DNA of 64,000 nt, from assembly GCA_041615815.1 (NCBI GenBank), contig JBFJCP010000003.1:96001-160000 (forward strand), given 5' to 3'. Origin of the DNA: Gemmatimonadales bacterium. Lineage in GTDB: Bacteria; Gemmatimonadota; Gemmatimonadetes; Gemmatimonadales; GWC2-71-9. Positions 1 through 9,973 of this stretch are shown here, one piece after another. The position numbers and the translations under genes are program-made. Numbering within the stretch: the first letter of the stretch is position 1; each line of letters starts with the position of its first letter. The notes beneath the pieces were generated by a model. That model saw nothing but the letters and a program-made list of their open reading frames with translations, was not told where the DNA came from and did no database searches.

Positions 1-580
1 CCTCTTGACGGTTTCCGGTCACAAAATCGGGGCCCCCAAGGGGATCGGCGCTCTCATCGTCCGCGATCACGACCTCGTGGAACCGCTGATCCACGGCGGG
101 GGGCAACAGTCTGGGATTCGACCTGGGACCGAGAACGTCGCCGGCGCCGTCGCGCTAGGCGTCGCGGTCGAGCTTGCCACCCGGGAGCGCGAGCAGGCCG
201 CCACCGCCACCAGTGCGCTGCGAGACGACCTCGAGGAGCGGCTGCGCCGGGCCATCCCGGGTCTCCAGGTCCATGGGGCCCACGCCGACCGGGCCCCGCA
301 CATCAGCAGCGTATCCGTTCCGGCAGCGGATGCCGAGTCGCTGATGATGCATCTGGACATGGCTGGGGTGGCGTGCTCATCCGGATCGGCGTGCAGCACC
401 GGGACGGTGAGCATCTCGCACGTGCTCTCCGCCCTCGGTGTGCCCGATGAACTCGCCGTGGGAACCCTGCGATTCTCGTTCCGTTTGGAGAATCGGGCGA
501 GCGACGTCGATCGCGTCGTCGAGACGTTGCCGGGTGCAGTGGAGAAGGTGCGAAAGCTCACGGAGCAGTTGCAGAGATGA
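1..580 (+). CDS. iscS: Cysteine desulfurase (IscS/NifS family), 5'-truncated by window edge
   Basis: PLP lysine motif [24 protein letters not shown], catalytic Cys motif SSGSACS; overlaps the mnmA start. Confidence 0.93.
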   Translation, partial: LLTVSGHKIGAPKGIGALIVRDHDLVEPLIHGGGQQSGIRPGTENVAGAVALGVAVELATREREQAATATSALRDDLEERLRRAIPGLQVHGAHADRAPHISSVSVPAADAESLMMHLDMAGVACSSGSACSTGTVSISHVLSALGVPDELAVGTLRFSFRLENRASDVDRVVETLPGAVEKVRKLTEQLQR

Positions 581-1725
581 GTAACGGCGGATCGGCGGAT
601 CGGCGGATCGAGAGAGATGCCCCCTCGGCATTTCCTGCCCCCGCTGCCAGGGTGGTGAAGCAGCGGGGTGAGCGCGTTCTCATGGCCATGTCAGGCGGTG
701 TTGACAGCTCCGTGGCGGCAGCACTGCTCGTCGAGGCCGGCTACGATGTCATCGGCGCCACCATGAAGCTGTTCTGCTACGGCGACACCGTGCCCGACCG
801 CCCGTGTTGCTCGCTGGATTCCATCACGGATGCGGCGCTGGTGGCCTCACGGATCGGGATTCCCCACTACGTGCTCAATTTCGAGGATCGGTTTCGGGCC
901 CATGTCATCGAGAATTTCGTGGAGGAGTACTCCAGAGGCCGGACACCGATCCCCTGCGTACGCTGCAACTCGTTCACCAAGTTTCGCGACCTGCTCGCGC
1001 ACGCGGACGCTCTCGACTGCGATTACATCGCCACCGGTCATTATGCGATCGCGCGGGACGGAGCGCTCTTTCGCGGCCGCGATCCCGACAAGGATCAGAG
1101 CTACTTCCTCTGGGGCATCGATCGGACCGTGGTCAGGCGGATGCTGACACCTGTGGGTGCGCTCACGAAGCGTGAAACCCGTCAGGTGGCAAGACGCTTC
1201 GGGCTGGTGACAGCGGACAAGCAAGAATCGGTCGAGATCTGTTTCGTGCCTGACGGTGACTACGCGGCGGTGCTGGAGCAACATCTGCCCACTGACGCCC
1301 CCGCGCTGGCACCCGGACCGATCGTGACCACGGACGGCAACGTCGTGGGCGAGCACCGAGGTTACGCGCGGTTTACCCTCGGCCAGCGCCGGGGTCTCCC
1401 AGGCGGATTCGCGGAGCCGATGTACGTTGTGGCCATCGAGCCGAAGAACCGGACCGTCGTGATTGGCCCTGGCGACGAGCTGTTTGGGCATGAGGTGGCA
1501 ATCGAAGAGGTGAATTGGCTGGCGCGCCCGCTGGCACCCTCCCAGACCTGTGCCGTACAGGTCCGCTACCGCAGCCGGGCGGTGCCGGCCCGCGTTCGTG
1601 AGATCACCGAGTCCGGGGAGCGCGTGGTTCTCGATCTGGCGGAGCCCGTGCGCGCCATCACGGGCGGTCAGTCTGGCGTGTTGTACGACGGGGATCGGGT
1701 GTTGGGAGGCGGAGTGATCGGATGA
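577..1725 (+). CDS. mnmA: tRNA-specific 2-thiouridylase
   Basis: [12 protein letters not shown]-loop, [39 protein letters not shown]-terminal GQSGVLY..VLGGG. Confidence 0.97.
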   Translation: MSNGGSADRRIERDAPSAFPAPAARVVKQRGERVLMAMSGGVDSSVAAALLVEAGYDVIGATMKLFCYGDTVPDRPCCSLDSITDAALVASRIGIPHYVLNFEDRFRAHVIENFVEEYSRGRTPIPCVRCNSFTKFRDLLAHADALDCDYIATGHYAIARDGALFRGRDPDKDQSYFLWGIDRTVVRRMLTPVGALTKRETRQVARRFGLVTADKQESVEICFVPDGDYAAVLEQHLPTDAPALAPGPIVTTDGNVVGEHRGYARFTLGQRRGLPGGFAEPMYVVAIEPKNRTVVIGPGDELFGHEVAIEEVNWLARPLAPSQTCAVQVRYRSRAVPARVREITESGERVVLDLAEPVRAITGGQSGVLYDGDRVLGGGVIG

Positions 1726-2486
1726 CATCCCACGTCCACGAAATCGTTGAATTCGAAGGAAGCGCAGGCAAACTCTCCGGCCGACTCCAGCTCCCGTCGA
1801 CGAAGCCCAAAGGCGGGGTCGTCCTTTCCCACTGCTTCACCTGCTCGAAGTCTCTCAAGATCACGAGGCACCTCGCCACCGGTATCGAGGACGGTGGCTA
1901 CGCTGTGCTGCGATACGACTTCACCGGCCTTGGCGAGAGCGAGGGCGATTTCGGCGAGACGACGGTCACGACCAATATCTCGGATATCGAGGCTGCCGCA
2001 CGGTTCATGGAGCAGCGTGGGTTCGGGCCGTGCGTGTTGGTAGGACACAGCCTAGGCGGGGCCGCCACGATCCTCGCAGCGGATGCGGTGCCGGCAGTAC
2101 GGGCAGTCGTTGCCGTCGCGGCGCCGGGGGGCCCAGATCACGTGCGCCACCTCTTCACCGAGCGAGACATCGCGAAGGCCCTTCAGGAGGGCCGTGCCAC
2201 CGTTCGCATTGCCGGACGGAGCTTTGCCATCTCGGCAGCGTTTTTCCGAAACCTCGAGGAACATTGCACGCCAGAGCGAATCGCCGCCCTCGGACGGCCC
2301 TTGCTGGTCGTGCACGGCACGGCGGACACCATCGTGGAGATCGGAGAAGGCGAACGCATCTTCGGCGCGGCCCGTCAGCCGCGATGGTTCGCGGCCATTC
2401 CAAACGCGGACCATCTGTTCACGCAACCAATCCACAGCGAACAGGCAGCGCGAGCCATCGTCACGTTTCTCGATATCGTGTTGTGA
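1722..2486 (+). CDS. Alpha/beta hydrolase (type usually fused to OsmC)
   Basis: HCFTCSK motif, [13 protein letters not shown], nucleophile elbow GHSLGG, VHGTAD, ADHLF. Confidence 0.88.
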   Translation: MTSHVHEIVEFEGSAGKLSGRLQLPSTKPKGGVVLSHCFTCSKSLKITRHLATGIEDGGYAVLRYDFTGLGESEGDFGETTVTTNISDIEAAARFMEQRGFGPCVLVGHSLGGAATILAADAVPAVRAVVAVAAPGGPDHVRHLFTERDIAKALQEGRATVRIAGRSFAISAAFFRNLEEHCTPERIAALGRPLLVVHGTADTIVEIGEGERIFGAARQPRWFAAIPNADHLFTQPIHSEQAARAIVTFLDIVL

Positions 2487-3091
2487 GGATCACGGAACGG
2501 GTTGGGAACGCCGGGCTCGGGGCGGTGCCGGTAGGCATCCTCGCCGTATTCACGCTGTTTCTCATCGCGATCGCGTACCTCGTGGCCTCGTCCTTGATGC
2601 GGCGCAGCCTCCCCACGTTCGATCCGTCCCCCGTTCAGACGGAGGCGCTGGGCGGCGACACCGTCATCGACGATACGGTCACCATCGACGCACGAGATCC
2701 CGAGCGGTGGCAGTTCTTCGATTTCGATCGGCGATCGGTGGTCCCCCCCCCGGACACCACCGGATGGGACCTGGCCTTCCGGCGCTTTCAGATCATCGCG
2801 AGCGGAGGGGTTGCCGCGCTCGACGCCGAATGGGAGGAGAGAGTTCCCTCGGAAGAGCGCTTTTTGACGACGCGTATGGCGAAGGATACCGTGAACCCGG
2901 CCATCGACCGATGGTACGAATACAGTTTCCTGAGTCATCTCCTCGAGCCAAAAGCGATGGCCTATGCCATTCGTACCACCGACGGTCGCTTCGCCAAGAT
3001 GCGCATCGTGAGTTACTACTGCCCAGGCTTGGCAGCCGGGTGTCTCACCATTCGCTACACCTATCCCTTGCCCGCCGACACGGGGGTGTGA
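2483..3091 (+). CDS. HmuY-family protein with N-terminal membrane anchor
   Basis: GTG at 2483 overlaps the upstream TGA; TM helix, then TIDA..W.FFDF, WDLAFRR, WYEY, YAIRTTDGRFAKMRIVSYYC typical of HmuY. Confidence 0.78.
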   Translation: MRITERVGNAGLGAVPVGILAVFTLFLIAIAYLVASSLMRRSLPTFDPSPVQTEALGGDTVIDDTVTIDARDPERWQFFDFDRRSVVPPPDTTGWDLAFRRFQIIASGGVAALDAEWEERVPSEERFLTTRMAKDTVNPAIDRWYEYSFLSHLLEPKAMAYAIRTTDGRFAKMRIVSYYCPGLAAGCLTIRYTYPLPADTGV

Positions 3092-3131
3092 GGGAACGAC
3101 CGCTACCGACGCCCCATCGTGGAGAGGGGAC

Positions 3132-3560
3132 ATGCCCCGCATCACGGCTGAACTGACTTCCGGACTGCAAGTCTGGATATCGAACGGACGTCACTCCTGG
3201 CGGGCGGACGAGCCAGCATCCGCGGGCGGCCAAGACACCGGTCCCACGCCGTACGAGCTGCTGCTCGGCGCCTTGGCAGCCTGTACCTGCATCACCCTCG
3301 AGCTCTATTGCCGACACAAGAAGATCACGCTCAAGGGCGTCAGCGCCTCGTACGACTTCGACCGAGTGCACGCCGACGATTGCGCCGACTGCGAAGATCC
3401 CAAGTCCGGGTTCATCGACCGCGTGACAAGCAAGATTAGGATCGCGGGCGATTTTGACGAGGCTCAGCGCACGCGGCTGGCGCAGGTCGCTGAGCGTTGT
3501 CCCGTGCACAAAACCCTGGCAAACGGTGTACATATTGTGGACGGGGTCGAGTTCGCATGA
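3132..3560 (+). CDS. OsmC/YhfA-family protein
   Basis: ADEPASAGGQDTGPTPYELLLGALAACT, HADDCADC, CPVHKTL; GGAGAGG RBS. Confidence 0.9.
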   Translation: MPRITAELTSGLQVWISNGRHSWRADEPASAGGQDTGPTPYELLLGALAACTCITLELYCRHKKITLKGVSASYDFDRVHADDCADCEDPKSGFIDRVTSKIRIAGDFDEAQRTRLAQVAERCPVHKTLANGVHIVDGVEFA

Positions 3561-3592
3561 CCTCGCATTGACCCTCTATCCTTGGTGAACAC

Positions 3593-4315
3593 ATGCGTCA
3601 CACACGGCCGTACCTGCACGGGGCGGTCCGTCGCTCCGTCACGACGGGAATGGCCCTCCTCGCGCTCGGTGCGACTGCACAACCCCTGGGCGCGCAAACC
3701 AGGGAGGCACCGTCGCTGGAGACACTCCTGCACGCCCCAGCTGCCGATGTGGCGAGCTCCTATCGCGTCCTTAGGCAGTTGATCGATCTCCTGAGTTTGG
3801 CGGAGCGGGGCGGCACCGTTCAGTGGGGTCTCCGCACCGTCACTCGCGACAACGTCGAGCAGGTGCGCTTGGAACTCGAGCAAGAGCTCGCAACGCTCGA
3901 TACCGCGATCACCCAACGTGGGTATGGAGCGATCTCCGGCAGTTACGAGCCTCGAGCCACAAAAGAATGCGAGCGAATCCCGTCCATGTGGGCGCAGACC
4001 ATTCGGGCTGGTGCCATCAAGACTGTCAAGATCTCTCAGGAGGAGTTTACCCTCCAGCTGATCCAAGAGATTTCGCTGGAAGGCGAATCGTTCACCGCCG
4101 AGATTCCCGGCATCATCGTTGACTCGATCATCACCTTCGCGGATCCGATGAACTCGGATTTTGGGTTTGTGGGAGAGGCGACAGCCGGGACGATCGTCAT
4201 GCGACCGGAGGTCGACGCAATCCTCGCCGCGTGGCCGACGTGGCTGAAGGCACCCAACCGCAAGGACCTCGCGCGGTGCGCGGTGAGCTTGCGGAGCGCG
4301 CCTGGGAACCCCTAG
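3593..4315 (+). CDS. Hypothetical exported protein
   Basis: 240 aa ORF with signal-peptide-like N-terminus (ALLALGATAQPLGAQ); no recognised family. Confidence 0.65.
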   Translation: MRHTRPYLHGAVRRSVTTGMALLALGATAQPLGAQTREAPSLETLLHAPAADVASSYRVLRQLIDLLSLAERGGTVQWGLRTVTRDNVEQVRLELEQELATLDTAITQRGYGAISGSYEPRATKECERIPSMWAQTIRAGAIKTVKISQEEFTLQLIQEISLEGESFTAEIPGIIVDSIITFADPMNSDFGFVGEATAGTIVMRPEVDAILAAWPTWLKAPNRKDLARCAVSLRSAPGNP

Positions 4316-4334
4316 GCCTCGCGCACACGCCCGG

Positions 4335-5060
4335 GTGATCTCCTTCATCGTTCCGGCCTACAACGAGGCTCGATACCTGCCCCCGACCCTGCGGGCCATT
4401 CACACCGTAGCCGACGCGCTCTCGATCACCTATGAGCTGATCGTCGCCGACGACGCCTCCACCGATGCCACCCCTGCCATCGCGGCGGCGCAGGGCGCGA
4501 CGGTGGTCAGCGTGGCCCACCGCCAGATTGCCGCCACCCGCAACGCGGGCGCGGAGCGCGCCACGGGCGAACATTTGTTTTTCGTGGATGCCGACACGCT
4601 GGTGAACGACGCCACCATGCGCGCCGCCATGCGGGTGCTGCAAGAGGGCGCCGTGGGCGGCGGGGCCGGCGTGCGCTTTGACGGGCGTCTTCCGCTGTAT
4701 GCCCGGCTGCTCGTCCCGCCGAGCGTCTGGCTGTTCCGCGTGACGGGGCTGGCTGCCGGGTGTTTTCTGTTCTGTACCCGTGCGGCCTTCGAGGCCGTGG
4801 GCGGCTTTGACGAACGGCTCTACGGATCCGAAGAGATCGCGATGAGCCGCGCCCTCAAGCGACACGGCCGCTTCGTGATTCTCCGCGAGTCCGTGATATC
4901 GTCGGGCCGACGGCTGCGCGCCCACTCGGGATGGGAGGTCGCCCGACTCCTCGGCGCGCTCGCGCTCGGCGGATCCCGGAGTGTCCGCGATCGGGGAGCA
5001 TTGGCCATCTGGTACGACCAGCGACGCGACGATCCTGATCTGCCGCAGGCTCGTCCATGA
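4335..5060 (+). CDS. Glycosyltransferase family 2
   Basis: ISFIVPAYNE, VADDASTD, RNAGA, FVDADT, GGFDERLY.SEE, SGRR. Confidence 0.9.
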   Translation: MISFIVPAYNEARYLPPTLRAIHTVADALSITYELIVADDASTDATPAIAAAQGATVVSVAHRQIAATRNAGAERATGEHLFFVDADTLVNDATMRAAMRVLQEGAVGGGAGVRFDGRLPLYARLLVPPSVWLFRVTGLAAGCFLFCTRAAFEAVGGFDERLYGSEEIAMSRALKRHGRFVILRESVISSGRRLRAHSGWEVARLLGALALGGSRSVRDRGALAIWYDQRRDDPDLPQARP

Positions 5061-5116
5061 CAGCAACGCAGCTACGAGGCCGAGGTTGAGAGCCCCTCGG
5101 TCAGCCTGACATCGAC

Positions 5117-5728
5117 CTAGGCTGCCTCCGGGTCCGGCAGGATCAGGTCTTGGAACACCCGATCGATCCTCTCGGCACTCAGCCGCGAACTACCGGTCAG
5201 CCACCACGAGGTCAAGCCGAGAAATGCACCCACCACGGCGTGCGCTTGTCCGTCTCGAACCGCGGCCCCATCGCGGCCGGCCGCCCGCGACATCGCCCCA
5301 ACTTCGTCCATCCGCGCCATTTCGCGCCGCACCAACTCGACCAGCAAGGCCGTAATCTTCTCTCGGATCCTCGCGTCCGAGCCGCGTACGATGGTCGCCT
5401 GGAAAAACCGCTTCTGCGACCGGATATGCCGGAGGAGCGGGAGGCTGAAGCGGAACGACACCGCCCGGTCGTTCGCCTGCGGGCCGTCGTCACCGCCGCC
5501 GGGTGCCGTCTCCCCCAGCGAGAGCAACCACTGGTCGAAACCGCTGAACAGCAAGTCTTCTTTGGAGGTGTAATGGGAGTAGAACGTGGACCGACCGACG
5601 TCAGCACGACCCGTGATATCTTCGATCGTAATCCCTTCGTAGCCCTGCTCATCGATCAGCGCCAGCAGGGCTTCTTTCAGACGGCGTCTCGTGCGTCGAA
5701 CTCGTCGATCCGGGCTCCGAGTGGTCAT
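5117..5728 (-). CDS. TetR/AcrR-family transcriptional regulator
   Basis: DRRVRRTR, HTH ITIEDITGRADVGRSTFYSHYTSKEDLL. Confidence 0.92.
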   Translation of the reverse strand: MTTRSPDRRVRRTRRRLKEALLALIDEQGYEGITIEDITGRADVGRSTFYSHYTSKEDLLFSGFDQWLLSLGETAPGGGDDGPQANDRAVSFRFSLPLLRHIRSQKRFFQATIVRGSDARIREKITALLVELVRREMARMDEVGAMSRAAGRDGAAVRDGQAHAVVGAFLGLTSWWLTGSSRLSAERIDRVFQDLILPDPEAA

Positions 5729-5824
5729 CGGCGCTCCATTTTCTGAACGAACCCCGCAGCCGCGTACAATTCGAGACAGATTGCCAGCATTGCTCGTTGA
5801 CGAATGTGCAGCACCGGACTGAAT

Positions 5825-5860
5825 TATTGGACAATAGTCCAGTATTGTACTTTAGTCCAG
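5825..5860. promoter_or_regulatory. Tandem 18-bp imperfect palindromes, probable TetR operators
   Basis: TATTGGACAATAGTCCAG then TATTGTACTTTAGTCCAG (15/18 identical; core TGGAC-N4-GTCCA), in the divergent tetR/membrane-gene spacer. Confidence 0.65.
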
Positions 5861-5876
5861 TAACCGAGGAGGCCCG

Positions 5877-6362
5877 ATGTTCGTCTTTCTCTTGGGCGGG
5901 TTGCTCGCGGCGGCATCCGTGCACATCGCGCTCATGAAAGAGCGTACCCTCCGCCGTGTCGGCGAGCTCGCCCTGCTGTATGTTCTGGTCGGCTATTGCG
6001 GTGTGCCAATGTTGATCTTGAGCGTCGGAAACTTGATGCGGCCAGACCAGGCCGCCCACTACCTGGGCTTTCCCGCTGGCAATCCGTTTCAGGATTTCCT
6101 CGGGGTCGCGTATCTCGGGATGTCGCTGCTCTCGATCATGGCCCTGTGGTACCGCCGGACATTCCTCATCGGTCCGGCCGTCTTGTGGGCGGTGTTCTTC
6201 GTTGGCGCGACGCTCATTCACATGAAGGACTTCGGTGAGCGCGGTGCGCTTACTCACGGCAGCATGCTGGCCATCTTCGCCAGCCACGGACTGATCTCGG
6301 TTCTCCTGGCCGCGGCGCTCATCGCGAGCGGTGTCCTGCAGGAGACCGCTCGAGCCAGTTGA
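5877..6362 (+). CDS. Multi-pass membrane protein (DUF6790-like)
   Basis: Several hydrophobic segments; [12 protein letters not shown] motif; GAGGAGG RBS. Confidence 0.7.
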   Translation: MFVFLLGGLLAAASVHIALMKERTLRRVGELALLYVLVGYCGVPMLILSVGNLMRPDQAAHYLGFPAGNPFQDFLGVAYLGMSLLSIMALWYRRTFLIGPAVLWAVFFVGATLIHMKDFGERGALTHGSMLAIFASHGLISVLLAAALIASGVLQETARAS

Positions 6363-6861
6363 AACGCGTCCTCGTCATCGGCTCCGGCGGTGCGGGTAAG
6401 ACGACCTTCGCACAACACCTGGGCGCGCGGACCGGACTTCCGGTGGTCCATCTCGACGCCTGGTATTGGAGACCCGTTGGTCGCCAACCCCCGCTGACGA
6501 GTGGGAAGCAACCGTGGAGCAACTGGTGTCCCGGGAAGCCTGGATCATGGACGGGAACTACGGGGGCACCCTCGAACTGCGCCTCGCCGCATGCGACACG
6601 GTCGTTTTTCTGGATTTTCCACGGCTCGTCTGTGTCTGGCGCGTGCTGCGGCGGCGCTGGCGCCACGATGGTCGAGTTCGGCCTGAGCTACCTCCCGGGT
6701 GTTCCGAGCGCCTGACCTGGGGTTTTCTGACGTGGATCTGGACCTATCCCTCGCGTCGTCGCGGCCACATCTTGAACCGCTTGGCGGCGCTGGATGAAGA
6801 GAAGCGTGTGATCATCGTGCGTTCGCAGGCGTCGATGGAGGAATTCCTCCGGAGCGTGTGA
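6359..6861 (+). pseudogene. FlaR/topology-modulation (adenylate-kinase-like) protein with a 1-nt frameshift
   Basis: [25 protein letters not shown] in one frame continues as [18 protein letters not shown] in another; junction CCC GT TGG at 6473-6480. Confidence 0.8.
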
Positions 6862-6885
6862 TCGTGCATCCGGCATGAGCGGCCA

Positions 6886-7401
6886 TTGTCACGACCCCAA
6901 CGACCGATGTCCCCAACACGACAGCCGACGACCTGGACACTCGCCCTGGTATGCTACGCGCTCGGATGCTCCACCGGCCAGCCACCGTTCGATGCTGCCG
7001 CTCGCGCCACCGTCACACGGAGCGTCGACTCAGCGCTCCAGGCATTCGCTGCGGCCGAGCGGTCGCGCGACGCCGAACGTACCGTGTCTCATATTGCGCC
7101 CGATTTCTACATGTACAACGATGGCAATCGCGTGGGGTACGATTCCGTCGCTGCACAGATCCGACGCACCTTCCCGGCAATGCAACGTTTCGATTTCACC
7201 TGGGAGGACATTGACATCCGTCTTTTGGGACCGCAGCATGCGTTCGTCACGTTCACGTTCCGAGATCACATTACGATGAACGACGGCTCGACACTACGCT
7301 TCAGGGGCCCCACGACCTTGGTCTGGGAACGGCGGGGCGACGACTGGCTGATCATCTTCGCAGATGCCGATCACTATGCAGACTCAATACCCGGCAGGTG
7401 A
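6886..7401 (+). CDS. SnoaL/NTF2-like (DUF4440) exported protein
   Basis: Signal-like N-terminus with Cys; C-terminal TLVWERRGDDWLII..H. Confidence 0.72.
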   Translation: MSRPQRPMSPTRQPTTWTLALVCYALGCSTGQPPFDAAARATVTRSVDSALQAFAAAERSRDAERTVSHIAPDFYMYNDGNRVGYDSVAAQIRRTFPAMQRFDFTWEDIDIRLLGPQHAFVTFTFRDHITMNDGSTLRFRGPTTLVWERRGDDWLIIFADADHYADSIPGR

Positions 7402-7709
7402 CTATCATGACTTCGCACAACGCTGCGGACCTCCTCCGAATCCCGGGCATTGGTTCGAGCCTGGCCAACGATCTCCGTGAGCTCGGCATCCACGCCGTCA
7501 GCGATCTCGCTGGCCGTGATCCCGAGGCACTCTACGAGCGGCTCTGTCTCCTCCGGGGAAGTCCTATGGACCGATGTGTGCTGTACGCCTTTCGCTGTGC
7601 GGTGTATTTCGCAAGCCATGAACGACATGACCCGGAACTGCTCAAATGGTGGAACTGGAAGGACAGGAAGCACGCCGCCGGTCCGGCGCGGCGCACGGTT
7701 CACCGCTAG
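7398..7709 (+). CDS. Helix-hairpin-helix protein (Cdd1 / mitomycin-resistance-like)
   Basis: DLLRIPGIGSSLANDL..LGI..DPEALYERLC..DRCVLYAFRCAVYFA..KWWNWKD. Confidence 0.85.
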   Translation: MTIMTSHNAADLLRIPGIGSSLANDLRELGIHAVSDLAGRDPEALYERLCLLRGSPMDRCVLYAFRCAVYFASHERHDPELLKWWNWKDRKHAAGPARRTVHR

Positions 7710-7745
7710 CGGTCCGGTCGGCATTCCATACGACGAAGGTCAACC

Positions 7746-8150
7746 ATGACTGCCGAATTTCCGGTCCAGGGCGTTGAGCTTACCCAGCTCCTCGTGGTAT
7801 CGGACCTCAATCGTGCTCGCGACTTCTACCGCGACGTGCTCGGCGCCACGCTCTTTCGCGAATACGGGGGGACCTCGGCCGTGTTCCAATTCCAAGGGAA
7901 CTGGCTGCTCCTGGTGACGGGCGGTGGGCCCACCGAGGACAAGCCCAACGTCGTCTTCGCACCTCCCCCCAACCCCAACACGGTGAGTCATCAAATGACG
8001 TTGCGGGTGCCGGACTGCCATGCCGCGTACGACACCCTCAAAGACCGGGGGGCACGATTTCTCACTCCGCCTGTGGACCGCGGTGGTGAAATCCGTTGCT
8101 TCTTCCGAGACCCCGACGGTCATCTGCTGGAGATCAGTGAAGTCACGTAG
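7746..8150 (+). CDS. VOC/glyoxalase family protein
   Basis: VSDLNRARDFYRDVLG ... FFRDPDGHLLEI. Confidence 0.9.
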   Translation: MTAEFPVQGVELTQLLVVSDLNRARDFYRDVLGATLFREYGGTSAVFQFQGNWLLLVTGGGPTEDKPNVVFAPPPNPNTVSHQMTLRVPDCHAAYDTLKDRGARFLTPPVDRGGEIRCFFRDPDGHLLEISEVT

Positions 8151-8328
8151 GACGGCGGCCGTTCGAACGAATTGACTACCATGGTCAGGGACACGGCTCT
8201 CATCGGCTTAGGGAACGGCGGGGCTGGCGGAGCTCGTCTACACCGCGCGGGCCTGCACCATCCTCGATATCCGTCGCGCCAACAGGGGAGGAGATCGTAC
8301 TCTGCGACTCCTCACCTCAGCTGGACAG

Positions 8329-8688
8329 ATGCCGACTAGTGCCGCCGATACTCGATCCGTGCCACTCCGGTAGTTCGAGTCGTGGCACGAACCGGCCGAC
8401 CTCGACGAGTTCCGCGCGTGCCTCGCGGACCACGTGCTGTTCGATGCTAGGACCGCCGTCGTCCACGGCGCCGAGGCGCTCGCCGGACTCACGCGGGAAA
8501 CCGAGTCTCCGTGGCTAGAGGTCCGACTGCTCGATTCCCTGTTCGCCCCAGGCCACGCAGCGCTCTGCTATGAGGGAATCGACAAACGTTCGGGAGTCCC
8601 GCATCGCGTGAACGAACTGCTCAGCGTCCAAGACGGCCGTATCGTGCGCATCCTGGCAACCATATCCGCGCTGGAGCCCACTCAATAG
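8329..8688 (+). pseudogene. SnoaL-like protein interrupted by an in-frame TAG
   Basis: ATG at 8329, TAG at 8371-8373 (R*FESW); the frame continues as a SnoaL-like sequence ending in VQDGRIVRI. Confidence 0.6.
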
Positions 8689-8752
8689 CGTCACCATGCG
8701 CTGGTCGTCGTCACCGGTGCATGCCCCCCGCGATCGCCGTCGGGGCCTTGCC

Positions 8753-9229
8753 TTGATCGTCCTGCAGGACGTCCTCGATATTGACGTGCCACCGACGCGG
8801 GTGTGGGGGTGGTTGAGCCGTCTGCCCGACAACTACCGTGCCTGGCACCCCGCCCACCTGAGCTGCCGTTTCGTCCGCGGCAGCGGTCTCGACGTGGGCG
8901 CTGAGTTGGTTATGGAAGAGATGCTCCATGGACGCCGCCACCGGCTCGCGGTTCGTGCTACGCTCGTCCAACCGAATCACCTCCTGCGGTATGAGAGTCG
9001 TTTCTATCGAGGCGAGTTTCGTCTCGACCGCGCTCCTGGTGGGACACGATTGACTACCACGCTGGAGTTTGGTCTGTCTTGGCCAATCCTCGGCAAGGTC
9101 TTCGATCTCGTCGCCCGGCTCGTGCTGGCCCGACGGATTCGCATCATCCACGCCCATATGAAAGAGGAAACTCGGAACCTGAAGCGGATCCTGGAAGCGG
9201 TGCCCAACGGACGAGTCCGCGACGATTGA
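8753..9229 (+). CDS. SRPBCC family protein
   Basis: IDVPPTRVWGWL...YRAWHPAH...HMKEETRNLKRILE; start uncertain (8696 or 8753). Confidence 0.75.
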   Translation: MIVLQDVLDIDVPPTRVWGWLSRLPDNYRAWHPAHLSCRFVRGSGLDVGAELVMEEMLHGRRHRLAVRATLVQPNHLLRYESRFYRGEFRLDRAPGGTRLTTTLEFGLSWPILGKVFDLVARLVLARRIRIIHAHMKEETRNLKRILEAVPNGRVRDD

Positions 9230-9326
9230 ACCGCGAGATCTGGAACCCGTCTCCACCGCCGGGGTTTCGTAACGGTACTCGAGATCATCCCGGCTGCAAT
9301 TTTCGCATGATGGAGAAGGAGGCACT

Positions 9327-9857
9327 ATGAGCGCTCCCCGGTGGTCGGTCTTCCCTGTCGTCGTCCTTTGCGCTGCGTCCGTCACGGCTGGGCGCGGTTC
9401 TCACCTCGCCAGCGCGGCTGGAACCGCACCATTCCCCATCCGGCCTACCCCAGATACCCTGGCCGCAAGACGAGCCGTGATGGCCTTCATCCAGGCCATC
9501 GACCGGCTTGATCTGGATGGTGTCGCGGACAGCTTCTCTCGCGATGGGACGGCCTTCTACCCATTCTCGTTCACACCTCACCGCCTCGATGGACGGGAGC
9601 AGATCCGGGAGGCCCAGCGGCAGGGGTTCGATTGGGCTCGAGCACAGCTCGTCGAAGCCGGCCACAACGCACCCCTCTCGCTCAATCTCCAACCCACCCA
9701 CATGGAGGTAAGACTGTTGGGCGAGACCGTCGCCATCGTGACCTGGCATTCCGATCGCTCAACCCACGCCGGACGACGCACGGCGGTCCTTCATAGGATC
9801 CAGGGCGAGTGGCTCATCGTGCACCACCACGCGTCCAACATGCCCCGGTCCAACTAG
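9327..9857 (+). CDS. SnoaL/NTF2-like exported protein
   Basis: Signal peptide; RRTAVLHRIQGEWLIVHHHAS; AAGGAGG RBS. Confidence 0.78.
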   Translation: MSAPRWSVFPVVVLCAASVTAGRGSHLASAAGTAPFPIRPTPDTLAARRAVMAFIQAIDRLDLDGVADSFSRDGTAFYPFSFTPHRLDGREQIREAQRQGFDWARAQLVEAGHNAPLSLNLQPTHMEVRLLGETVAIVTWHSDRSTHAGRRTAVLHRIQGEWLIVHHHASNMPRSN

Positions 9858-9973
9858 CGCTCCTCGGCTTCGGCCCACAAGTTGTCATCCGTCGACACTT
9901 CGTCGAAGTGTGACAGCCGTTTCCGCTCCGGAGGCCAGGACGTCACACGATAGCTTTCAAGGGAGGGTACCCG

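Noticed and set aside
9847..9925. Possible attC site (GTCCAAC at a gene end plus the ACACTTC-GTC-GAAGTGT palindrome)
   Set aside because: No matching GTTRRRY end, no similar element after the other small genes, and no integrase; at most a regulator site
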